Assembly (NCBI GenBank): GCA_035257785.1
Contig: DATEWS010000451.1
Coordinates: 1 to 28,838 of the forward strand
Reading direction: 5' to 3'
Length of the DNA stretch: 28,838 nucleotides
Origin: Pyrinomonadaceae bacterium
GTDB taxonomy: Bacteria > Acidobacteriota > Blastocatellia > Pyrinomonadales > Pyrinomonadaceae
Part shown: piece by piece, positions 1 to 8,053 of the stretch
Layout of the letters: the number at the start of each line of letters is the position of its first letter
How positions within the stretch are numbered: position 1 is the stretch's first letter
Made by a program: the position numbers and the translations under genes
Notes under the pieces: model-generated
The model's database searches: none
What the model saw: the letters and a program-made list of their open reading frames with translations, nothing else
What the model was told of the DNA's origin: nothing

Positions 1-168
1 GACCCGACGCTACCGCGTTACGGTACTGACCCTCCCCAGGTAAGATTAGAGACTTACTTCTTGCGTAACCTTTCTTTCGCGTGCTAACTTCCACTCGTCT
101 CTTCATTTGCGAGGGGCCTCATAACTTCGCGCTGAACTAAACGAACTGGGAAGAAGTGGAGGTTACTG

Positions 169-2151
169 GTGTACAGTGACAAGCTCAAACAGATCCTTGG
201 ACTGGTTCTGCTGGCCTCGATAGCCCTTGTCAATCATTCGTGTACCACTGTCTCCAGTACCGAAGAGTTCTTCGGCTCTACCACACCTCCAGCGCGAAAC
301 ATCTTTCGCTACGTCAGCGGCGACGAACCGGAAACACTCGATCCCGCAATCAGCAACGGCCAGCCCGAAGCGCGACTCTACATGGCGCTTTACGAAGGCC
401 TCGTTGAATATAATCCCAAGACCCTCGCACCCGATCCCGCACTCGCCGAACGCTGGCATGAAAACAAAGACTCTTCCGAGTTCACGTTTCATTTGCGCAC
501 AACCGGCCGGTGGTCCAACGGCGACCCGATCGATGCCAACGATTTTGTTTACAGTTTCAGACGCGCACTCGCGAAAGAGACCGCCTCTCGCAATGCCTAC
601 ATGGCGGCATATATCAAGTACGCGCAGGCTTTCAACGCAGGACGTGTATTCGTGCGAGACTCTAAGACCGGTCAGTTCCTGCTCGCGAAAGACTTCGACG
701 ACAGCCTGCCGCCGGAACCGCTCAGCGGCAGTCCCATCGATACGGCGAAAAGCGAGTATCCTCCCGATCCGAACGAGACGACTCCTGACGCCGACACCGC
801 TTTCCATCATCTGATGCATACGCCGCAGCGTTTGACGCTGCCGGGCGACGAGAAAGCACGAAACAAACGTCTCGATGCCAATCAAAAATTGAAGGAAGCA
901 GTCGCCGGTAAAGAGTTCGTGCCGGTGAAGGGTGAAGACCTTGGCGTGGAAGCAGTTGACAAGTATACGGTGCGGATCTCGCTGGCCCAGCCGGCGCCTT
1001 TCTTCGTACACATGCTGGCGCACCAGCTTTTCCGAATCGTGCCGCGCAAAGTTGTAGAGCAGTACGGTGATAAGTGGACACAGCCGGAGCACATTGTTAC
1101 TTGTGGTCCATTCAAATTGAAGCTCTGGAAGCCTTACGATCAGTTAGTGCTCGAACGCGACCCGATGTACTGGGATGCGGCGAATGTGAAGTTGGACGAG
1201 ATCTATCTATATCCAATTCTCGACAACTCGACCGTTATGAACATGTACAAGGTGGGCGAGCTTGACGCGATGTACAACCACGCGGTGCCGAATCCGTGGG
1301 TGTTTGTGATCAAGACCAAGAAAGACTACATGGACAAAGCGGAGGCCGCGATCGATTATCTGATCATCAACACCACCAAGCCGCCATTGAACAACCCTAA
1401 GGTTAGAAAAGCATTCAACCTCGCGATCGACAAGGTCGCTTATGCTAACTGGCGCACCATCGTGAAACCATTAGCTGGTTTTACGCCCGAGGGAATGTTT
1501 CCAGGATACCCGCAGCCCAAAGCCGAGTTCTTCAATGCGGCGGAAGCACGAAGACTACTCGGCGAGGCTGGTTATCCAGTGATCCAAAACGCAGACGGCA
1601 GTTTCTCTTGTCCGACGTTTCCGGTGGGCCAGGTCGAGTTTGTTTACAACACGCAGGCACAGAATCGAGCGTTTGCCGAGTGGATGCAGGCTCAGTGGAA
1701 ACAGAATCTCGGTGTCACCGTCGGCTTGCGCAACATGGAGTGGAAAACTTTCCTTGATGCCAAGGCCAAAATGGAGTTCAAAGGATTCATGCGTGGAGCA
1801 TGGGGCGCCGACTACATGGACCCGTTCACATTCCTGAGTCTCTTCTACACTGGCGGCGAGAGTGGCACAGGCTGGCAGGATGCGAAATACGTCGCCATGC
1901 TGGATGAAGCCAATCGCACACTCGATAAGCAGAAACGTTTCGAGATGCTGGCGCAGGCAGAGGCGTACCTGATGGAAAACCAACCGATCATTCCGCTTGA
2001 TACACCTTCAGTGAACTGGCTGAAAAAACCGTACGTGAAAGGCATGTATCCGAATCCGGGTTGTTTGTTTCCCTGGAAGTACATTTACATTGAACGCGAT
2101 CAGGCCAAGTGGGATTACAGCACGCCGAGTTTGACGCCGATCACTGATTAA
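169..2151 (+). CDS. oppA: Oligopeptide ABC transporter substrate-binding protein (SBP family 5), 660 aa, probable lipoprotein, with an internal insertion of about 95 aa
   Basis: Family-5 motifs EPETLDP, LYEGLV, WSNGDPIDANDFVYSF, GPFKLK, W.ADY.DP.TFL. GTG start with GGAGG at 158-162. Hydrophobic leader ending in Cys25 (non-canonical lipobox). First gene of an oppBCDF run. Confidence 0.92.
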   Translation: MYSDKLKQILGLVLLASIALVNHSCTTVSSTEEFFGSTTPPARNIFRYVSGDEPETLDPAISNGQPEARLYMALYEGLVEYNPKTLAPDPALAERWHENKDSSEFTFHLRTTGRWSNGDPIDANDFVYSFRRALAKETASRNAYMAAYIKYAQAFNAGRVFVRDSKTGQFLLAKDFDDSLPPEPLSGSPIDTAKSEYPPDPNETTPDADTAFHHLMHTPQRLTLPGDEKARNKRLDANQKLKEAVAGKEFVPVKGEDLGVEAVDKYTVRISLAQPAPFFVHMLAHQLFRIVPRKVVEQYGDKWTQPEHIVTCGPFKLKLWKPYDQLVLERDPMYWDAANVKLDEIYLYPILDNSTVMNMYKVGELDAMYNHAVPNPWVFVIKTKKDYMDKAEAAIDYLIINTTKPPLNNPKVRKAFNLAIDKVAYANWRTIVKPLAGFTPEGMFPGYPQPKAEFFNAAEARRLLGEAGYPVIQNADGSFSCPTFPVGQVEFVYNTQAQNRAFAEWMQAQWKQNLGVTVGLRNMEWKTFLDAKAKMEFKGFMRGAWGADYMDPFTFLSLFYTGGESGTGWQDAKYVAMLDEANRTLDKQKRFEMLAQAEAYLMENQPIIPLDTPSVNWLKKPYVKGMYPNPGCLFPWKYIYIERDQAKWDYSTPSLTPITD

Positions 2152-2154
2152 CGA

Positions 2155-3081
2155 ATGCTTCGGTTCATTGTCAGACGCCTCCTGATTACGATACCGACGA
2201 TCCTTGTCGTAATCTCGATTACCTGGGTCCTGGTCAAACTTGCCCCAGGTAACTTCTACTCCACCGAAAGACGACTCTCTCCCGCCATCGAGAAAAACAT
2301 CCGCGAGAAGTACGGCCTCGACAAACCGTGGTACCAGCAGTACGGCAAAACGATGTGGACGATCATTCGTCACCTCGATTTCGGTACGTCTCTGAAGTAC
2401 GAAGGCCAATCAGTAAATACAATCATCAAGCGCTCGTTACCTGTATCAGCCGCGGTGGGAATTCTCGCTTACTTACTGGCGTTGGTCGTCGGCATCACGG
2501 TGGGTTCGATTGCGGCACTCAAGCAAAACTCGAAGTGGGATTATATGTCGATGGCTTTGGCGATGCTCGGGATCTCAATCCCGAATTTTGTCCTTGCGCC
2601 AATCCTTGTTCTCGTTTTTTCACTTGGTCTCTACTGGTTACCGCCGGCACGCTGGGAAGGATTTCCCAGTCGTAATCTCATCCTGCCGGTGTTAACGCTG
2701 TCGGCGCTTTACATGGCTTACATTGCGCGACTCACGCGCGCCGGGATGCTCGAAGTGCTTCGTTCCGACTACATTCGCACGGCGCGAGCTAAGGGTTTGA
2801 GTGAGCGCGACGTCGTGATCAAACATGCGCTGCGCGGAGGCTTGATGCCCGTCATCTCGTACACTGGACCAGCACTCGCGTTTCTGTTGACCGGCACCGT
2901 CGTGGTCGAGAGGATCTTCGCGTTGCCGGGTTTGGGCAACTACCTTATTCAAGCATCACTCAATCGCGACGAGCCGCTGATCATCGGCATCGTCGCGTTT
3001 ATCGCGATCACGCTCTTGTTAATGAACCTGCTGGTTGATATCGCTTACGCGTTTCTGGATCCGCGTGTGAGGTATCAGTAG
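2155..3081 (+). CDS. oppB: Oligopeptide ABC transporter permease, OppB type
   Basis: N-terminal MLRFIVRRLL, YGLDKP, LDFGTSL, EAA-like loop DYIRTARAKGLSER, C-terminal YAFLDPRVRY; multiple TM segments. Confidence 0.95.
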   Translation: MLRFIVRRLLITIPTILVVISITWVLVKLAPGNFYSTERRLSPAIEKNIREKYGLDKPWYQQYGKTMWTIIRHLDFGTSLKYEGQSVNTIIKRSLPVSAAVGILAYLLALVVGITVGSIAALKQNSKWDYMSMALAMLGISIPNFVLAPILVLVFSLGLYWLPPARWEGFPSRNLILPVLTLSALYMAYIARLTRAGMLEVLRSDYIRTARAKGLSERDVVIKHALRGGLMPVISYTGPALAFLLTGTVVVERIFALPGLGNYLIQASLNRDEPLIIGIVAFIAITLLLMNLLVDIAYAFLDPRVRYQ

Positions 3082-3084
3082 AAA

Positions 3085-4101
3085 ATGTCTACCGAGAAGA
3101 AACCGGAACAAGACGAACTCATTCACATCGGTCCTGAGATGGCCGTTGCTGAAGCGGACGTGCATCCCGGCGAAGCGGGTGCATTTGTGCGCGGGACGTC
3201 CCTGTGGCGCGATGCGTGGCGCCGGCTATTGAAGAACAAGCTTGCGGTGTTTGGTATGGTCGTAGTCATCATGGTCACAATCGCTTCGATTATTGGACCA
3301 ACGGTGATCGAGAAAATCTTTGGTTTCACGCCCGACTACATTCCCGCTCAGGATGAAAGGTTGACGAAATCGTTTCCGCCTTTCACTGGTCCGGACGGCA
3401 AGTTCTCGTATCTTCATCCGATGGGGACTGATAACGCCGGTCGCGATGTGATGGCGCGTGTGTTACAGGGCGGACAGATCTCGTTGTTTGTCGGCATTCT
3501 TTCCACAGTGGTCTCGTTATTAATCGGTGTGAGTTACGGCGCGATTGCGGGATATGTCGGCGGGCGCGTTGATGACGTGATGATGCGCGTCGTCGATGTG
3601 CTTTATTCACTGCCGTACATAATTCTCGTCATCGTGTTGCTGTCGTTGTTTCGCAGTCAGACGCCGCGAGGTCAGTTGACTCTGCTTTTTATTGCAATTG
3701 GTTCGGTGTCGTGGTTAACGATGGCGCGCATCGTTCGCGGGCAAATACTTTCACTGAAGAATCAGGAGTTTGTGCTCGCCGCGAGGGCGACTGGTGTTTC
3801 CGCGTCGCGGATTATCTTTCGTCACCTGGTTCCGAATACGCTTGGACCAGTCATCGTCTATGCGACCTTAACCGTGCCGCAGATCATGCTGACGGAAGCG
3901 TTTCTATCGTTTCTCGGTTTTGGTGTCCAGCCGCCGCTATCGTCGTGGGGCACGCTGGCGGCGGACGGCATTACAAACATCGCCATTTTTCCGTGGCAAC
4001 TGATCTTTCCGGGCGTGACGATGGCGCTAACACTCTTCTCGCTGAACTTCCTCGGCGACGGGCTGAGAGACGCGCTTGATCCGCAGATGCGAACGGTATA
4101 G
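3085..4101 (+). CDS. oppC: Oligopeptide ABC transporter permease, OppC type
   Basis: OppC_N motif SLWRDAWRRLLKNKLA, HPMGTDNAGRD, EFVLAARATG, EAFLSFLGFG, terminal LGDGLRDALDP. Confidence 0.95.
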   Translation: MSTEKKPEQDELIHIGPEMAVAEADVHPGEAGAFVRGTSLWRDAWRRLLKNKLAVFGMVVVIMVTIASIIGPTVIEKIFGFTPDYIPAQDERLTKSFPPFTGPDGKFSYLHPMGTDNAGRDVMARVLQGGQISLFVGILSTVVSLLIGVSYGAIAGYVGGRVDDVMMRVVDVLYSLPYIILVIVLLSLFRSQTPRGQLTLLFIAIGSVSWLTMARIVRGQILSLKNQEFVLAARATGVSASRIIFRHLVPNTLGPVIVYATLTVPQIMLTEAFLSFLGFGVQPPLSSWGTLAADGITNIAIFPWQLIFPGVTMALTLFSLNFLGDGLRDALDPQMRTV

Positions 4102-4121
4102 GACCTATATGTCCTATACCG
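4094..4121. repeat. Perfect 11-bp hairpin overlapping the oppC stop codon
   Basis: CGGTATAGGAC (4094-4104), loop CTATAT, GTCCTATACCG (4111-4121). No following U-tract. Confidence 0.7.
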
Positions 4122-4132
4122 CCTATTAAAAA

Positions 4133-5137
4133 ATGACGAACCTTCTCGACGTCAAGAATCTTCGCACCTATTTCGAAACAGACGACGGAACCGTCAAGGC
4201 CGTCGACGACGTCTCTTTTCAACTCAAACGCGGCGACACGCTCGGCATCGTAGGCGAGTCAGGCTCCGGTAAGTCAGTTACCAATCTTTCGATAATTCGT
4301 CTGGTTCCCAATCCTCCCGGAAAAATCGTGTCGGGCGAGGTGATTTTCAACGGGAGCGACCTGCTGTTGCTCTCCAACGAAGCGATCAGAAAGATTCGTG
4401 GCCGGCGCATCGCGATGATCTTTCAGGATCCGATGACGTCACTCAATCCTTACATGAAGATCTCCCGCCAACTGATGGAGATGACTCAGCTACACCTCGG
4501 TCACTCGAAAGCCCAGGCTCACGAGCACGCGATTCGCATGATGGAAACAGTCGGAATTCCTGATGCCCGTAGCCGAGCCGGCAGTTACCCACACGAATTC
4601 TCCGGCGGCATGCGCCAGCGTGTAATGATCGCCATGGCGCTTTCGTGTGAACCGGAGTTATTGATCGCCGACGAGCCAACTACGGCTCTCGACGTCACCA
4701 TTCAGGCGCAGATACTCGAGCTCATCAAGAAACTCAAAAGCGACACCGGTACGAGTGTCATTCTCATTACGCACGATCTCGGTGTTGTGGCGGGCATGAC
4801 TGATCACGTGATCGTGATGTACGCGGGAAAGATCTTCGAGCAGGCCCGGACTACGGAATTATTTTCGACGCCCGCAAATCCTTACACTAAAGGTCTGTTG
4901 CGATCCGTGCCAGACCCGACAGCGGAACATGGGAAGTTGTATCAGATTCCGGGTTTGCCGCCTGACATGGCCCATCTGCAACCCGGTTGTCCCTTCGCCG
5001 CACGGTGTGATTACGCGCAGGATATTTGTCGTCGCGAGTTTCCGCCGTTTGTAAAACTGAACACAGATCACCATTCACTCTGTCACTTCGCGCGCGAGGT
5101 GTACAGCGAATCGGGAGGCAAGCCGATCCAGGAATGA
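4133..5137 (+). CDS. oppD: Oligopeptide ABC transporter ATPase, OppD type
   Basis: Walker [20 protein letters not shown], signature FSGGMRQR, Walker B LLIADEP, HDLG; C-terminal four-Cys tail. Confidence 0.95.
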   Translation: MTNLLDVKNLRTYFETDDGTVKAVDDVSFQLKRGDTLGIVGESGSGKSVTNLSIIRLVPNPPGKIVSGEVIFNGSDLLLLSNEAIRKIRGRRIAMIFQDPMTSLNPYMKISRQLMEMTQLHLGHSKAQAHEHAIRMMETVGIPDARSRAGSYPHEFSGGMRQRVMIAMALSCEPELLIADEPTTALDVTIQAQILELIKKLKSDTGTSVILITHDLGVVAGMTDHVIVMYAGKIFEQARTTELFSTPANPYTKGLLRSVPDPTAEHGKLYQIPGLPPDMAHLQPGCPFAARCDYAQDICRREFPPFVKLNTDHHSLCHFAREVYSESGGKPIQE

Positions 5138-6201
5138 GCGCCAACGAATCAACACTGCTGTCGATCAGAGATCTGAAAGTGCATTTCGATCTTGGTGGTG
5201 GTGGTCCACTCGACAAACTCTTCGGCACCAATCCCGTCAAGCGCGTGGTGAAGGCTGTGGACGGCGTTTCGATTGATATTTACAAAGGAGAGACTCTCGG
5301 TCTCGTCGGCGAATCTGGTTGCGGTAAGTCAACACTCGGTCGCGCGATTCTGCGACTCACCGAACCCACTGCGGGCCAGGTACTCTATAACGATCAGGAT
5401 CTCGCACTTCTAAAACCCAAACGGTTGCGCGAACAGCGCCGGCACCTCCAGATCATCTTTCAAGATCCTTATGCCTCACTCAACCCACGCATGACCGTGG
5501 GCCAGATTGTTGGTGAACCACTCGAGACGTTTCGTCTGGCGCGCGGCAGGGAAGCTGAACAACGTGTGCAGGAACTGCTCGAAACTGTCGGTTTGAGTAA
5601 ACGTTTCATCAAGCGATATCCCCATGAGTTCTCCGGCGGTCAACGGCAGCGCATCGGCATCGCACGCGCGCTCGCAGTCGATCCTGATTTCATCGTCGCC
5701 GACGAACCGATATCCGCCCTCGACGTTTCCATTCAGGCGCAGATCATGAACCTGCTCGAACGACTGCGTCGCGAAAAGAACCTCACGTATCTCTTCATCT
5801 CCCATGACCTGCGTGCGATTCGACACGTTTCAGATCGCGTAGCGGTGATGTATCTCGGCAAGCTCGTTGAGATCGCCGACGCAAAAACCATCTACGAAGA
5901 GCCACTGATGCCTTACACGAAGGCGCTCATTTCCGCGGTGCCGGTCCCCGATCCACAGGTAGAAGCTGCGAGGCAGCGTATAATGCTTGAGGGAGACGTG
6001 CCTTCTCCGATCAATCCACCGACGGGTTGTCGCTTTCACACACGTTGCCCGTACGCGATCGAGGCATGCAAGGAGGTGGTTCCTCAGCTAGTTGAGATTA
6101 AGCCGGCGCATTTTGCGGCTTGCATCAGGATCAGTCCGGCACAACCCCACATCGAAGATGTCGCGCCGGGCACCGCTCCGGGTCTGCCCCAAAACAGTTG
6201 A
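5134..6201 (+). CDS. oppF: Oligopeptide ABC transporter ATPase, OppF type (355 aa from ATG 5134)
   Basis: [40 protein letters not shown] 5134 overlaps the oppD stop (ATGA) and lies just before the usual [11 protein letters not shown] start, so it is preferred over 5026. Confidence 0.93.
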   Translation: MSANESTLLSIRDLKVHFDLGGGGPLDKLFGTNPVKRVVKAVDGVSIDIYKGETLGLVGESGCGKSTLGRAILRLTEPTAGQVLYNDQDLALLKPKRLREQRRHLQIIFQDPYASLNPRMTVGQIVGEPLETFRLARGREAEQRVQELLETVGLSKRFIKRYPHEFSGGQRQRIGIARALAVDPDFIVADEPISALDVSIQAQIMNLLERLRREKNLTYLFISHDLRAIRHVSDRVAVMYLGKLVEIADAKTIYEEPLMPYTKALISAVPVPDPQVEAARQRIMLEGDVPSPINPPTGCRFHTRCPYAIEACKEVVPQLVEIKPAHFAACIRISPAQPHIEDVAPGTAPGLPQNS

Positions 6202-6324
6202 AATCCCCTTCTTATTAAACGTTTAGCACTAGGGTAAACTTCCTCATGTGCGGATGAAGGTAGCTCAGTTCCCGTGGCAAGCGGTTAAGTGTGTGTCTGC
6301 CACAGGTTTGTAGCCCAGATCCTG

Positions 6325-7992
6325 ATGGTTAAGAAGTCCCCCATTGCCCTGAGTCCTCAGGAACATCGTGAAGACGCGCCAACTTCCTGGCCAGAAACCC
6401 AGGACGCTTTGGCGGAGTCGTCGGGACTCGCTCTGCTTTTAGTAGATGGCCATCAGCCGCCTGCGGTGGTAGTGTCAAACAACAACTCGATTTGTCACAC
6501 CTTTCAAACCTCGCCTGAGCACGTCCAACTTTGCGACCCTTATTGCGGCGCCGCTCATTCGAAGGCGATGAAAGCGGGCGGGACGATCGAATACAAATGT
6601 CATGCGGGACTCTCGTGTTTCGCGAGACCGGTTGAGATCAGTGGCAAACGAAATCTCGCGGTGATCGGCGGGCGGGCTTTCGTAAAGAGCTCGGATTACC
6701 AACAACTGATGGAACGCTTTCGCACTGGAGATTTGGAATCGATCGCATCGGATGAAGTCTTCGCGAACATTCTGTTCGCGGAGCCGCAGCGCCTTGCCGA
6801 GCTCGAAGAACGTGTCGAGCGGGCTGCACGACGTCTGCAAGCCGCATCGTCAAACGGCTCCGGCAAGGTGGTCCAACCCGCGGCGACAAAACCAGCAAAG
6901 CCGGAACCAACGAAGGCTCAGCAGGAGTTGGAACAGGAAGTAGAGCGTTTGCGAAATGAGCTCGCGTATCGCGCCCGTTTCACCGATTCGCTGCAACACT
7001 TTCTGGAGCGAATAAGCGGCGCAGATCCGGTTAAGACGTACAATTCGATTATCAGTAATTCGAAAGAACTTCTGCAGTCAGAACGTGCTTCGCTGATGGT
7101 GTTGGACGAAACTGCAAATGAGTTGATCCTGAAAGCTGCGAGTGGACTTTCGACTGATCCGAGTTCCGTGCCGCCGGTGCGTGTCGGTGAAGGCGTGTCG
7201 GGTGAAGTTATCGATACTGGCAAGGCGTTGATGGTAACGGATCTTCGGATGGCTGGTCGCAAACCTGCGCCTGCCGAACGTCATTACAAGACAAACTCGT
7301 TCATCAGTTATCCGATCACGATCGGGGGGCGGAAAGTTGGTGTGCTCAACGTCACTGACAAATCGGGTGGCGGAACTTATGACGAAGTCGATCTGAGTTT
7401 GCTGGAGATCATTGGACCACAAGTCGCGCTTGCGCTCGAGCGCGCCGAGTGGCAGGAACGAGCGACTGAATTTCAACTGATGTCGATCACGGATGCGCTC
7501 ACAACGCTGCCGAATCGGCGGTATCTCGAGGAGCGGCTCTCGGAAGAGTTGAGTCGTTCGAAGCGCTACGATTATCCGATGAGCTTTTTGATGATCGATA
7601 TTGACGACTTCAAGGTTTACAACGACAAAAACGGGCATCAGGCAGGCGACCTGGCGTTACAGATCACGGCGCACTGTTTGAAGGGCGCGCTGCGGCAGGC
7701 TGACGTGGCGTCGCGTTATGGTGGCGAAGAGTTCTGTATATTGCTGCCACAAACGGGCATGCTCGAGGCGGGAGTGATTGCGGATCGCATCCGCGCTCGG
7801 GTGTCGACGACAACCTTTCCGCACGGGAAGTCGCAGCCTCTTGGTCGTGTAACTATAAGTGTGGGAGTGTCGACGATTATGAAAAACGTGGACACGCCGG
7901 AAAATATCATTGCCGCCGCGGACCGTGCGCTTTACCAGGCGAAAAGCATGGGAAAGGATCGGGTGGAGTTTTACGGAGAAAAAGAAAGCTAG
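6325..7992 (+). CDS. PocR-like sensor / coiled coil / GAF / GGDEF diguanylate cyclase
   Basis: N-terminal Cys-containing PocR-like segment (ICHTF...LCDPYC...YKCHAGL...IGGRAF); GAF (VGEGVSGEV, PITIGGRKVGVLNV); DALTTLPNRR, DIDDFKVYND, GHQAGD, A-site GGEEF with RxxD I-site (RQAD) five residues upstream. ATG 6325 chosen over GTG 6289; start uncertain. Confidence 0.9.
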   Translation: MVKKSPIALSPQEHREDAPTSWPETQDALAESSGLALLLVDGHQPPAVVVSNNNSICHTFQTSPEHVQLCDPYCGAAHSKAMKAGGTIEYKCHAGLSCFARPVEISGKRNLAVIGGRAFVKSSDYQQLMERFRTGDLESIASDEVFANILFAEPQRLAELEERVERAARRLQAASSNGSGKVVQPAATKPAKPEPTKAQQELEQEVERLRNELAYRARFTDSLQHFLERISGADPVKTYNSIISNSKELLQSERASLMVLDETANELILKAASGLSTDPSSVPPVRVGEGVSGEVIDTGKALMVTDLRMAGRKPAPAERHYKTNSFISYPITIGGRKVGVLNVTDKSGGGTYDEVDLSLLEIIGPQVALALERAEWQERATEFQLMSITDALTTLPNRRYLEERLSEELSRSKRYDYPMSFLMIDIDDFKVYNDKNGHQAGDLALQITAHCLKGALRQADVASRYGGEEFCILLPQTGMLEAGVIADRIRARVSTTTFPHGKSQPLGRVTISVGVSTIMKNVDTPENIIAAADRALYQAKSMGKDRVEFYGEKES

Positions 7993-8043
7993 CCGCGGAT
8001 AACACGGATTGAAAATCCGGATTTTTTCCGTGTTATCCGTGGC
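7992..8043. repeat. REP-like inverted repeat, family A copy 1
   Basis: GCCGCGGATAACACGGA / TCCGTGTTATCCGTGGC: 17-bp stem with one G-U, and an 18-nt loop containing the palindrome AAAATCCGGATTTT. Confidence 0.85.
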
Positions 8044-8053
8044 CAAAAAGTTG

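Noticed and set aside
1-30. Short hairpin TACCG-CGTTA-CGGTA at the window edge, possibly another REP type
   Set aside because: Only a 5-bp stem, a single copy here, and possibly truncated; cannot be supported from this window.
163-1092. 309-aa - strand ORF
   Set aside because: Antisense shadow of oppA with no recognisable motifs.
5026-5133. Longer N-terminus for oppF; likewise GTG 6289, TTG 8009 and TTG 26957 for other genes
   Set aside because: The extensions overlap the upstream gene, a repeat or the RBS. Downstream ATGs (5134, 6325, 8054, 26975) fit coupling, SD position or family starts better.
6202-6324. c-di-GMP riboswitch upstream of the cyclase (GCACTAGGGTAAAC resembles the class I 5' end)
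   Set aside because: No GNRA tetraloop/receptor pair or P2 consensus follows; TAAACT may simply be a -10 box. An Infernal scan would settle it.
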